The notes under the pieces are model-generated. The model was not told the origin of the DNA. It saw nothing but the letters and a program-made list of their open reading frames with translations, and did not search any database. The position numbers and the translations under genes are program-made. This document shows positions 33,127 to 42,673 of a stretch of DNA of 64,000 nucleotides, one piece after another. Every line of letters begins with the position of its first letter. Positions within the stretch are counted from its first letter, which is position 1. This DNA is from Candidatus Latescibacterota bacterium (GTDB lineage Bacteria; Latescibacterota; UBA2968; UBA8231), in the NCBI GenBank assembly GCA_965215195.1, contig CBDCDC010000002.1:4224001-4288000 (forward strand), in the 5' to 3' direction.

Positions 33127-34592
33127 AAGCGACAAAGCAAATGATAGCTACCGGCATCGCAGCCGGGATCGTGGGCTTGGCTTTGGGCTGGGGTTTGGGT
33201 AGCTCGGATACACCCCGCGGACCCGCACCCTCTGCCGTCGCCGAGCAGGCCGCGACGTGGACTTGCTCAATGCACCCACAGATCCGCCGGCCCGGCCCGG
33301 CCCAGTGCCCAATCTGCGCGATGGACCTAATTCCGGTGGCCGCGCCTGTTGTCGGCGACTCCTTGGGCCCGCGCCAGTTGCGCCTCTCGCCCACCGCGCA
33401 GCAGCTCGCCAGCATCCAGACCGCGCCGGTCGAGCGCCACTTTGCGCTGGTCGAGACGCGGATGGTCGGCAAGATCGCGGTAGATGAGACGCAAGTCCGC
33501 TCCATCACCGCTTGGGTAGCGGGCCGGATTGATCGGCTGTACGTGGACTACACAGGCGTCCGAGTCGAAGCGGGCGATCACATAGCCTATCTCTACAGCC
33601 CGGAGCTGTTGACCGCCCAAGAGGAGCTAATCCAGGCCCTACGCGCCCGCGCGCAATTGGGCGACAGGGGCACGGCGCTGGTTGCAGCCGCACGCGAAAA
33701 GCTGCGCCTGCTCGGGCTGAAGGAGGAGCAAGTTGAGCGCGTTGAGCGCGAACGCCGCGCCTCCGACCACCTGACGATCTACGCGCCAACCGGCGGCGTG
33801 GTCATAGAAAAGCACCTCAGCGAGGGCGCGTACGTGCAAACCGGGACGCCGCTTTACACCATCGCGGACTTGTCGCGGCTGTGGCTGGAGCTCCGCGCCT
33901 ACGAGTCGGACCTGTCTTGGATCCACTACGGCCAGGCCGTCGAATTTTCGACCGAAGCCTATCCGGGCGAGGTATTCAGCGGCCAAATATCCTTCGTCGA
34001 TCCAGTGTTAGACGAGCGCACGCGCACGGTGCGCGTACGGGTCAACGTGAGCAACGAGCAAGGCCGGCTGAAGCCGGGGATGCTGGTGTGGGCGGTGGCT
34101 CAGGCCGAGGCGGGTGCCCACGGGCGCGCCATGTCGCCCGCGCTCAGGGGCAAGTGGATCAGCCCGATGCACCCAGAGATCGTCCGCGACGCGCCCGGTC
34201 CCTGCGACATCTGCGGCATGGCCCTAGTGCGCGCCGAAGAGCTGGGCTATGGCGCGGGCGACGAGGCTGGACGCGAGGCACCGCTAGTGGTGCCCGCTTC
34301 GGCACCACTGCTGACGGGCAAACGCGCCGTGGTGTACGTCGCGCTCGGCGAGGGCCTGTACGAGGGCCGCGAGGTCGTGCTGGGGCCGCGCGCTGGGGAT
34401 TACTACTTGGTCCGCGAGGGCCTGCGCGAAGGAGAGGAAGTGGTGGTCAACGGCGCGTTCAAAATCGACAGTGCCCTCCAGATCCGCGCCCAGCCTAGTG
34501 CGATGTATCCAGCGGGCGGCGCACCGGCGCACGGGCACGATCGCGGCGCGCCCGCACCCTCCGCGCATGAGCACAGCCACGGAGGCCACTGA
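33123..34592 (+). CDS. cusB: RND periplasmic adaptor CusB-like with two heavy-metal-binding domains
   Basis: 'WTCSMHPQI...CPICAMDL', 'PMHPEI...CDICGMAL', 'YSPELLTAQEE', 'LKPGM', His-rich C-terminus. Confidence 0.9.
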   Translation: MKATKQMIATGIAAGIVGLALGWGLGSSDTPRGPAPSAVAEQAATWTCSMHPQIRRPGPAQCPICAMDLIPVAAPVVGDSLGPRQLRLSPTAQQLASIQTAPVERHFALVETRMVGKIAVDETQVRSITAWVAGRIDRLYVDYTGVRVEAGDHIAYLYSPELLTAQEELIQALRARAQLGDRGTALVAAAREKLRLLGLKEEQVERVERERRASDHLTIYAPTGGVVIEKHLSEGAYVQTGTPLYTIADLSRLWLELRAYESDLSWIHYGQAVEFSTEAYPGEVFSGQISFVDPVLDERTRTVRVRVNVSNEQGRLKPGMLVWAVAQAEAGAHGRAMSPALRGKWISPMHPEIVRDAPGPCDICGMALVRAEELGYGAGDEAGREAPLVVPASAPLLTGKRAVVYVALGEGLYEGREVVLGPRAGDYYLVREGLREGEEVVVNGAFKIDSALQIRAQPSAMYPAGGAPAHGHDRGAPAPSAHEHSHGGH

Positions 34593-37500
34593 TGGAAGGG
34601 CAAAACTCGCTGCTCGCCCGCTTGGTGCGCTTCTTTCTCACGCGCAAGCTAGTCGCTGCGCTCATGTTGGTCGGTCTCGTGCTGTGGGGCCTTGCGGTCG
34701 CCCCCTTTGCTTGGGAATTGGAGTGGCTGCCGCGCGACCCGGTGCCCGTAGATGCGATCCCAGACATCGGCGAGAACCAACAGATCGTCTTCAGCGAGTG
34801 GCCGGGTCGCTCGCCGCAAGACGTGGAAGATCAGGTGACCTATCCGCTGACCGCGGCGCTTTTGGGCGTGCCGGGCGTTGAGACGATCCGCAGCTTCTCG
34901 ATGTTTGGCTTTTCGAGCATCTATGTGATTTTTGCCGAAGAAGTCGATTTCTATTGGTCGCGTTCCCGCATCCTCGAAAAGCTCAACAGCCGGCCGGCCG
35001 GCCTCCTGCCCGAGGGCGTCCAGCCGGCCTTGGGGCCGGACGCAACGGCCTTGGGGCAGGTATTCTGGTACACGTTGGAAGGCCGCGACGAACAGGGTGC
35101 GCCCACCGGCGGCTGGGACCTGCACGAGTTGCGCCGCATTCAGGACTGGCAGGTGCGCTATGCCCTGTTGGGTGCCGATGGCGTCAGCGAGGTGGCCTCG
35201 GTGGGTGGCTTTGTGCAGGAATACCAAATTGACGTCGACCCGGACGCGATGCGCGCCTACGGGGTGCGGCTCGACGAGGTCTTCCACGCGGTGCGCATGT
35301 CCAACCGGGACGTGGGTGCGCGCACCGTAGAGCTGAATCAAGCCGAGTACGTCATCCGCGGCATCGGCTTTGTCAAAGGATTGGCCGACCTTGAAAACGC
35401 CGTCATTAAGGCGCGGGACAACGTCCCGATTTACGTCAAAAACGTCGCGCGGGTCGGGCTGGGGCCGGCGCTGCGGCGCGGCGCGTTGGACAAGGAAGGG
35501 GCCGAGGTGGTCGGCGGCGTGGTTGTGGTGCGCTTCGGTGCCAATCCCCTAGCAGCCATTGAAAGCGCGAAGGCCAAGGTCGCGGAAATCGCCCCGAGCC
35601 TGCCCAAGAAAACCCTGCCCGACGGGCGGGTCAGCCAAGTGCAGGTGATCCCTTTTTACGACCGATCTGGATTGATCGAGGAGACGCTGGGCACGCTGGA
35701 GCGCGCCCTGAGCGAGGAGATACTGGTAACGGTGATCGTGGTGCTGGTGCTGGTGATGAATCTGCGCGGGGCCGCGCTGGTCTCCGGGCTGTTGCCGCTG
35801 GCCGTGCTCGCCTGCTTTGCTGCCATGAAGGTCTTTGGCATTGACGCCAACATAGTCGCCCTCTCCGGCATTGCCATCGCCATCGGCACGATGGTCGATA
35901 TGGGCATCGTCATCAGCGAGAACATCCTCAAGCACTTAGAGGATGCAGACGCAGAGGACGACCGCTTGGAAGTGGTCTTCCGCGCCACGCGCGAGGTCGG
36001 CGGTGCCGTGCTGACGGCCGTGCTCACCACGGTAGTGGGCTTTTTGCCCGTCTTTGCCATGGAAGGGGCCGAGGGCAAGCTCTTTGCACCGCTGGCCTTT
36101 ACCAAGACCTTCGCGCTGTTGGCCGCTGTGTGGCTGTCGCTGACGGCCTTACCGGCCTTGGCGCACTGTGCGTTTGCAACGCGACTGGGGCGTTGGGGCC
36201 CCGGCCTGTGGGCGGTCTGTGGCCTCGGAGTGGCCTTTGCCCTGTCGTGGTGGATCGGCCTGCTGCTAATAGCTATTGGGACGTATCACCTAGTCGCCGC
36301 TCGCGTGCCGGAGTGGGTGCGCTTGTGGGTGGTGCGAGGTGCGGTGGCGGCCGTGGCTTGCGGAGTGGTCGCCGCGCTAGCGGAACACTGGTTGCCCTTG
36401 GGCCCGGAAAAGGGCGGGTGGCGCAATTTTCTCTTCGCCGCTGGATTGATCGGCGGTCTGTTGGCGCTTTTTCGCGTCTTGCAAGGCGCATTTCCCAGCA
36501 TGCTGCGGTGGTGTCTGGATCACAAGGGCTGGGCGCTGCTCTTCCCCTTGCTCCTGACGCTGGCGGGCGCGTCCGCGTGGCTGGGTTTTGCCCGCGTCTT
36601 CGGCTTTGTGCCGCCCGCCCTGCGCAATTCAGCGCCCTTTGCCGCCCTCGCCGAGGCCCTGCCCGGGTTGGGCAAGGAGTTTATGCCGCCCCTCGACGAA
36701 GGTTCTTTCCTGTGGATGCCGACGACCATGCCCCACGCCTCCATCGGCGAGGTGCTCGATGTCCTGCAAAAGCAAAACGCAGCCATTTCGCAGATACCAG
36801 AAGTGGAGTCCGCCGTGGGGAAGCTGGGACGGGCCGAGACCCCGCTGGACCCCGCGCCGATTTCCATGATCGAGACCGTGATTAACTATCGCACGGAATA
36901 CCTCACCGACGCGACAGGCCGCCGCCTACTGTTCGCTTTTGACGAGCGCACCACGGACCTCTTCCGCGCCCCGGATGGTACGCCTGCGCCCGCCCCGGAT
37001 GGTGCGCCCTATAAGGTCTGGGGCCGCTATCGCCGCGACGCAGCCGGCCGCCTCGTGCCCAGCGCCGAGGGGCGGCCCTTCCGCTTGTGGCGTCCGCCCT
37101 TGGATCCGGCGCTCAATCCGGGGCGGGCGGCTTGGCCGGGGATACAGGAGGCCGACGATATCTGGGCGGAGATCGCCCGGGCCGGCCAGATCCCCGGCTC
37201 TACCTCGGCACCTAAGTTGCAGCCGATTGCCGCGCGGCTCGTCATGTTGCAGAGCGGGATGCGCGCCCCCCTCGGCATTGAGATCAAAGGCCCTAACTTG
37301 GAGGCCATCGAACGCGCCGGCCTGACGCTGGAGCGCTTGCTCAAGGAAGTGCCCGCGGTTGAGTCGGCGACCGTCAACGCCGACCGCATCATCGGCAAGC
37401 CCTACTTGGAGCTCCACATTGACCGCGAGGCCATTGCCCGCCACGGCATCGCCCTGCAGAAGGTGCAGGACGTAATTGAGATCGCCATCGGGGGCAAGCT

Positions 37501-38470
37501 GGTCACCACCACGGTGGAAGGCCGCGAGCGCTACCCCGTGCGGGTGCGCTACCTGCGCGAATTGCGCGACAGCGTCGAGGAACTGGTGCGAATTTTGGTG
37601 CCAGCACCCGACGGGGCGCAGATCCCCTTGGGCGAGCTGGCCGAGATCCGCTACGTGCGCGGCCCCCAGGTCATCAAGAGCGAGGATGCGCTTTTGCTAG
37701 GCTACGTGCTCTTCGACAAGAAGCCGGGGTACGCGGAAGTCGATGTGGTGGAAGCGTGCCGAGCGCATTTAGAAAGCAAAAGGGCCAGCGGCGACCTCGC
37801 GCTGGAGACCGGCGTTAGCTACGCCTTTGCCGGCAGTTACGAAAACCAACTGCGAGCGCAGAAGAAGCTCAACGTGCTGCTGCCGCTCGCGTTGGCCGCG
37901 ATCTTCCTCATCCTCTATTTCCAGTTTGGCAACGCCGCCACGGCTCTGCTGGTCTTTTCCGGGGTTGCGGTGGCTTGGGCCGGCGGCTTTGCCATGCTGT
38001 GGCTCTACGGGCAGGAATGGTTTTTGGATTTCTCAGTCTTAGGCACACAGATGCGCACCCTCTTCCACATCCGTCCTTTGAACTTGAGCGTGGCGGTGTG
38101 GGTGGGTTTTCTCGCGCTGTTTGGCATTGCCTCGGACAACGGCGTGATCGTGGCGACCTATTTGCGACAGGTCTTCCGCGAGCAAAAGCCAGTGACCGTT
38201 GAGGCAATGCGCCGCGCTGCGCTCGCCGCTGGGGTGCGGCGCATCCGCCCCTGCTTGATGACGGCGGCCACCACGATCTTGGCGCTGATCCCCGTGCTGA
38301 CGGCGAGCGGGCGCGGCGCGGATCTCATGCTGCCGATGGCCATTCCCACCTTTGGCGGCATGATTGCGGTGGTGCTGACAGTGCCGGTGGTGCCGGTGCT
38401 CTACTGCGCGGTCGAGGAGTGGAAGCTGTGGGTGGGGTTGCGGGCGGAAGAACCAGACCCCGTTACGTGA
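34592..38470 (+). CDS. cusA: Heavy-metal RND efflux permease CusA/CzcA family
   Basis: 'DAIPDIGENQQIV..EWPGRSPQDVEDQVTYP', 'GIAIAIGTMVD', 'GKEFMPPLDEGS..MPTTMPH', 'RIRPCLMT'. Confidence 0.93.
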   Translation: MEGQNSLLARLVRFFLTRKLVAALMLVGLVLWGLAVAPFAWELEWLPRDPVPVDAIPDIGENQQIVFSEWPGRSPQDVEDQVTYPLTAALLGVPGVETIRSFSMFGFSSIYVIFAEEVDFYWSRSRILEKLNSRPAGLLPEGVQPALGPDATALGQVFWYTLEGRDEQGAPTGGWDLHELRRIQDWQVRYALLGADGVSEVASVGGFVQEYQIDVDPDAMRAYGVRLDEVFHAVRMSNRDVGARTVELNQAEYVIRGIGFVKGLADLENAVIKARDNVPIYVKNVARVGLGPALRRGALDKEGAEVVGGVVVVRFGANPLAAIESAKAKVAEIAPSLPKKTLPDGRVSQVQVIPFYDRSGLIEETLGTLERALSEEILVTVIVVLVLVMNLRGAALVSGLLPLAVLACFAAMKVFGIDANIVALSGIAIAIGTMVDMGIVISENILKHLEDADAEDDRLEVVFRATREVGGAVLTAVLTTVVGFLPVFAMEGAEGKLFAPLAFTKTFALLAAVWLSLTALPALAHCAFATRLGRWGPGLWAVCGLGVAFALSWWIGLLLIAIGTYHLVAARVPEWVRLWVVRGAVAAVACGVVAALAEHWLPLGPEKGGWRNFLFAAGLIGGLLALFRVLQGAFPSMLRWCLDHKGWALLFPLLLTLAGASAWLGFARVFGFVPPALRNSAPFAALAEALPGLGKEFMPPLDEGSFLWMPTTMPHASIGEVLDVLQKQNAAISQIPEVESAVGKLGRAETPLDPAPISMIETVINYRTEYLTDATGRRLLFAFDERTTDLFRAPDGTPAPAPDGAPYKVWGRYRRDAAGRLVPSAEGRPFRLWRPPLDPALNPGRAAWPGIQEADDIWAEIARAGQIPGSTSAPKLQPIAARLVMLQSGMRAPLGIEIKGPNLEAIERAGLTLERLLKEVPAVESATVNADRIIGKPYLELHIDREAIARHGIALQKVQDVIEIAIGGKLVTTTVEGRERYPVRVRYLRELRDSVEELVRILVPAPDGAQIPLGELAEIRYVRGPQVIKSEDALLLGYVLFDKKPGYAEVDVVEACRAHLESKRASGDLALETGVSYAFAGSYENQLRAQKKLNVLLPLALAAIFLILYFQFGNAATALLVFSGVAVAWAGGFAMLWLYGQEWFLDFSVLGTQMRTLFHIRPLNLSVAVWVGFLALFGIASDNGVIVATYLRQVFREQKPVTVEAMRRAALAAGVRRIRPCLMTAATTILALIPVLTASGRGADLMLPMAIPTFGGMIAVVLTVPVVPVLYCAVEEWKLWVGLRAEEPDPVT

Positions 38471-38601
38471 CTTAGCGCCTGACGTTACGCATCGGCCCCT
38501 TGGACGCTGAGTAGCTGTCTCGCCTAAAGGCAGGGTGAAGTTGGTGTGAACAAGGCGCAGTGAAGCGAAGCACCCCATACCTTCTAGTAGGCAAAACGGA
38601 A

Positions 38602-38639
38602 GAAGCGGGCAGCTCATACATAGACGCGCTGCCCGCTTC
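38602..38639. terminator. GC-rich hairpin downstream of cusA
   Basis: GAAGCGGGCAGC-N14-GCTGCCCGCTTC perfect 12-bp inverted repeat. Confidence 0.5.
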
Positions 38640-38711
38640 CGCGGCCGATCGCACCGAAATCCCCACCTGCCTGTCAAGCTTCACCATTCACTGATCCGCA
38701 TCCAAAACATG

Positions 38712-38733
38712 GCGCAGACATTCCTATCTGCGC
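38712..38733. repeat. REP-like palindrome
   Basis: GCGCAGA-CATTCCTA-TCTGCGC, resembling 'GCAGACATTCCTGTCTGC'-type REP units. Confidence 0.4.
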
Positions 38734-38871
38734 TTCCCCGCCCCCGGCTGCCTCTCTACGTAAACACTCACCGCCCATTCCGCATCAACTACACCGTCAG
38801 ACGCTCCGAAAAAAATAAGCGGCGGAACCGTTTAACTGAATAGGCTTGCTCCGCAACCGACCGACATGTCC

Positions 38872-38933
38872 GTGCGATTTTTTGACGCACCAAAAGCAAT
38901 AATTCGACGCACTTGTGCGATATATCCGCGCAC
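38872..38933 (+). promoter_or_regulatory. Triple palindromic enhancer (bEBP upstream activating sites)
   Basis: GTGCG-N9-CGCAC at 38872 and 38915, degenerate AAGCA-N9-CGCAC at 38894; 21-22 bp periodicity. Confidence 0.65.
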
Positions 38934-39077
38934 TTTTGGGGCGTCAAGCGAGCATCGCAAAGGGCCTGAGAGACGAGCGAGAAAATCAGCTTATTTTTTA
39001 TAAAGTATTGTATAACAGGTATTTGTGATATATCAAGTCAAAGGAATCGGCGTGATTATCGCCCGCTGGCCACTCAT

Positions 39078-39093
39078 TGGCACGATAATTGTT
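39078..39093 (+). promoter_or_regulatory. sigma54 (-24/-12) promoter
   Basis: TGGCACG-ATAA-TTGT vs consensus TGGCACG-N4-TTGC; preceded by AT-rich tract and enhancer sites. Confidence 0.6.
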
Positions 39094-39143
39094 TTTTAAG
39101 GCTTACTGAAGCAACAACCTATAACAGAAAGGAGGTAAGGCTT

Positions 39144-40019
39144 ATGAAGCACATCGTCTCAACTGGCTTGGGGCTTGCAGCCCTAGCAGCCAGTGCTTCA
39201 CCTCGGAGATCGCCTCCGAGAAAACTCAGTAAACCTACGTAAAGGAGCGCCGCCGAACCCAAAAGCCAGTACGGCGGCTTTTCATCGAACCCCGACAGCC
39301 TCCAGCCCTTCTACGACTACATCCACGGTCAGGAAATGATGAAGGTCGAAGCCGGTGCCGAGTTACGGCGTGCCATAGAGGCGATCCCCGTTAATCTGGG
39401 AACGGCTATTGATCTAGCGCAAGAAGCCGGACTGCGCGACTGGCTCTACGACTTGCTGGTCGCCTTTTCGGCTTCGGGCAACGACAGCCTCGCCGCTGCG
39501 TTTTACCTGCGCGAGGGTTTCAATAATCCCGACCTAGCAGCGCAGATGAAAAAGGAGGGCGAGCGTATGGGTCTCCTAAAAGGCGATACCAATACGCCCT
39601 TTGCCTTCTGCAAAAGCATGCACAAGTTCGCGCTCAATTTTTTGGCGGAGCGCGACTATTTCTTTGAAAACGTGTCTTTTTCTGATAGCGTGTTCAAAGT
39701 GTTCGAGATGCAGGGGGCGTACGATAGCTATGAGTCCTACCTCGAGACCCACGGCATGATTCCTAGAGGCATAGACTTCTTCGATCTCATCAAAATGCGG
39801 GAAGAAGTCGAGGAGCGACTGCAAGAGGGCACACCACTGGTCTTTGTCGACGTCATGTTCATCGTTGAAGAGCCTGAGCAGTTCTCGACATTCGAGGTGC
39901 CGGGGCGCACTCCGTCCTTTTTTCGGCTAGCCTGGGATCCAGAGAAGGCTATTTGGCGCCATGTAGAGATCTATTTTAGCCAAGGTGTGCCGCAAGATTT
40001 TTTATTTAACATCATGTAA
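39144..40019 (+). pseudogene. Disrupted secreted/lipoprotein gene (intact C-terminal ORF 39336-40019)
   Basis: Strong RBS AAGGAGG, ATG 39144 with signal peptide 'MKHIVSTGLGLAALAA', in-frame TAA at 39240, same frame continues into the 227-aa ORF. Confidence 0.6.
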
Positions 40020-40038
40020 TCAACTCAAGGAGGATACC

Positions 40039-40501
40039 ATGAAATCCTTGGCGAAAAGCATGCCGAAGCCCACCACAGGGCCGCGCAGGTGTGGAGGGAG
40101 TTCGATCAGGAGGTCACCGACCTCGCTCGGGCGCACGGCCAGACTAAGTACTTTCCCACGGATATGGTCAAGCGGCTTCCCCCACCGCATCGAACGGTGG
40201 AACGCCCAACTCCAACGCCTCCTGCCCGCCGGTGCTTACGCCCAAGCCGCTAGTCCAGCAGTTCGAGCAGACCATGCTCAACCTCGACCGCGGCGATCCC
40301 AAAAGCATGCACATCCACCTCGTCGCCCAAGGGCTGTCGCGGCAGAAGATTGACCCCGACACCTTACCTGTTTTTACCGAGGATCTGTCGGCGACGACCT
40401 TGCTGCGCCACGCGGCCGTCGATGTAATTGGGCTTTTCTTCTTTGCCCTTCTCACGTACATGCTGGCCTACCGGGCGTGGCTGCGGACCAGTATTGTCTA
40501 A
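40039..40501 (+). pseudogene. Deleted/frameshifted ABC exporter permease remnant
   Basis: RBS AGGAGG+ATG 40039 then frame-broken pieces; C-terminal fragment 'DPKSMHIHLVAQGLS..IDPDTLPVF...FFFALLTYMLAYRAWLR' resembles ABC-2 permease C-terminus. Confidence 0.5.
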
Positions 40502-41436
40502 AACGGTGCGCCCTTAATCGCCGCCATGTTGAGTAGAAGTTCGAGTTCGCCAATAATCGCGAGTGCCGACTGGGCCATTGGAGACGGAATGTCCTTTGTT
40601 TTTTCGACGCGCTTCCTTAGCCGTTCCAAGGCCGCCCGTGCTTGGGCATCGGTGGTGCTCTCTTGGAACATCTTTAAGAAATCTCGCCAGTAAGACGTTT
40701 TGATGCCGCAAAGCTGAACATCGTTGAGCTTTTCCATATACGAAGACATAAGGCCGGTACGCGCCAGCCGACCGAAGTTGCCACCGCCATCGGCGACCGG
40801 TTTGTCGAGAATCCGATCCGACTTATTCGGATACGGCGTCACGTTTTGCGGAACCTCGATCTCCCTGTTTTGCCGCGTCTGTCGGACATGTTGCCAGTGG
40901 TGATTGCGATGTTCCGCGGCAAACTTAGCGGACTCTACGAATGGTTCAAAGAGTACCGGGGAACCGCTGATGACGTTTCCCAACACCCATGGTACGACGA
41001 CGATCAAGTCCTGTACGGCACAAGCCGCCGACGTAGTTTGAAACCTCAAACTAGGCTCCGACTCTTTCGCCAATAAGTACCAGCCCTTGAGTTCGATGCC
41101 TAGTAGTACCTCTGCGTCCGATGACCGGCGCAATAGGATATCCGGAAATGTCTGCGCCTGTCTAACGAAACTGTAAAGGGCGTATTTTTCGTCGGGATCC
41201 CAAGTGCTTCGGGTTAGGTTCAACGTGCGAACGACCTGCTCTTCAATCGTCGCCCCAAGTACGGTATTTAGCGTGTGTAGATCCGTCGCCATCATGCCAG
41301 AAATGTGAGTTTCCGTGCGAAAGTATATTGGTAAGCTGGCGATGGCATCGCGGACATTCTCGTAGAGTTGAAAATGCTCCCACTCGGGGGTGGGAAGCGC
41401 CCTTGTGGGGTGAATTGGCGAGTTTCCTTCCGTCAT
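40498..41436 (-). CDS. Putative type II restriction endonuclease
   Basis: 'FPDILL...GIELKGW' PD-(D/E)xK motif; ATGA-coupled to DNA methyltransferase. Confidence 0.65.
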   Translation of the reverse strand: MTEGNSPIHPTRALPTPEWEHFQLYENVRDAIASLPIYFRTETHISGMMATDLHTLNTVLGATIEEQVVRTLNLTRSTWDPDEKYALYSFVRQAQTFPDILLRRSSDAEVLLGIELKGWYLLAKESEPSLRFQTTSAACAVQDLIVVVPWVLGNVISGSPVLFEPFVESAKFAAEHRNHHWQHVRQTRQNREIEVPQNVTPYPNKSDRILDKPVADGGGNFGRLARTGLMSSYMEKLNDVQLCGIKTSYWRDFLKMFQESTTDAQARAALERLRKRVEKTKDIPSPMAQSALAIIGELELLLNMAAIKGAPF

Positions 41437-42482
41437 AGCGATGCCAATCTATTGACCGCTGCCTTGTAGAAATCGGGATTTATTTCTGCCGCAGCGTATT
41501 TGCGGTTTAGAAGGTGGGAAACGACTGCGCCTGGACACAAACCGCCGAATGGTTCCCAGACCACGTCGCCTTTGTCGGTCGAAGATCTAACGAGCAGGTC
41601 GATGAACTTCAATGGTTTTTGGCTTCCGTGCAAGCTGCGGAATTTGTACTTCATTTCGCGTCGCATCCCTTGAATGCGCTCGGCACCGCTGACCTGCGGT
41701 TCGCGCCAAACGTTGGTAACGCCAATGTCGCATTTGAACTTTGCGCGCAGCTTGGCCCACTGGCGTCCCGATATGGGTGTGTTTGCATCCATGCTGAAAT
41801 ACGGCCGCCCGCCCGGGGCCCCGTGTTTATTCGCATACTCGACCAGTTTTACGAATGCTTCCACCGGAGGGTAGTACCAGAGGTGGTCGGCGGTCAGGTA
41901 TTTGCGCGTTGCCGCGTTTAGTACGCCGCACGCCTCGTTGGCTAGGCGGAAGGGCAAACCCGTGCGCTTCCACTCGTGGCGCAGCCACTCCTGCATGGTG
42001 AGCGAGTGACCGTTGGCTTGAAAACGGGCCGCTTTAACGTAATGCACGCACACTTCCGTCACCACGGGGAACTTCCTGAGCGTGCGCGTATTGGCATTGC
42101 CGGCAATGTGCCCGAGTCCCTTGTCCCAGACATTGCAGCAGCGATACTCCCAACCATTCGCTATCAAGACCGGATGAACCGTGGCCCAGCCTACTTCCGT
42201 ATTCCAAAACCACAGCGTCGTCTCGGGCGTAGAACGCCTGCTCCAAGCCTCAATATGAGGTTCATACCATTCGACGAGGGACTCCACGGTGTGGGCATCG
42301 CCCGGAAACCCATCCACCCCGTAGGGGCCATCGGAGATGATGCAAATCGGTGCCGGCCAGTCCGCATAGTGGTCTTCCGCTCGGCCATGGCAAATAGATG
42401 CTTGTCCGCGGACGTATTGCTGGCTTACCACAGGGTCCAAGTGGCGTGGCGGAGCGTCCGGGAAAAGTTGGGGCTGCTGCAT
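41433..42482 (-). CDS. DNA methyltransferase (N4C/N6A, beta class)
   Basis: Motif IV 'ISDGPY' N-terminal, 'HGSQKP', motif I 'VVWEPFGG', 'AEINPDF..AA..RL'. Confidence 0.85.
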   Translation of the reverse strand: MQQPQLFPDAPPRHLDPVVSQQYVRGQASICHGRAEDHYADWPAPICIISDGPYGVDGFPGDAHTVESLVEWYEPHIEAWSRRSTPETTLWFWNTEVGWATVHPVLIANGWEYRCCNVWDKGLGHIAGNANTRTLRKFPVVTEVCVHYVKAARFQANGHSLTMQEWLRHEWKRTGLPFRLANEACGVLNAATRKYLTADHLWYYPPVEAFVKLVEYANKHGAPGGRPYFSMDANTPISGRQWAKLRAKFKCDIGVTNVWREPQVSGAERIQGMRREMKYKFRSLHGSQKPLKFIDLLVRSSTDKGDVVWEPFGGLCPGAVVSHLLNRKYAAAEINPDFYKAAVNRLASL

Positions 42483-42507
42483 GTGGCTGCTTTGTCTCCT
42501 GCAAAAA

Positions 42508-42623
42508 TCAATCGTCGTCTCGCTCGCTGAGCAGCTCGCCGTGCTGGAGCCACTCGGCGTTTTGGGTTGACCAGAGGATGTTCTTCACCACCTTTTGCGC
42601 GGTGACGTAGCGGGTCGCCGCCA
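42508..42623 (-). repeat. Direct-repeat copy of the 3' end of the Rieske gene (43979-44097)
   Basis: Encodes AATRYVTAQKVVKNILWSTQNAEWLQHGELLSERDDD* vs AATRYITAQKVMKNILWSTQNAERLQRGELLSERDDDD*; about 7 substitutions and a 3-bp indel. Confidence 0.95.
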
Positions 42624-42673
42624 TGTCGTAGAAGTTCGAGTTCGCCGACTTCATATGGGCTAGCGGCAAAAGA

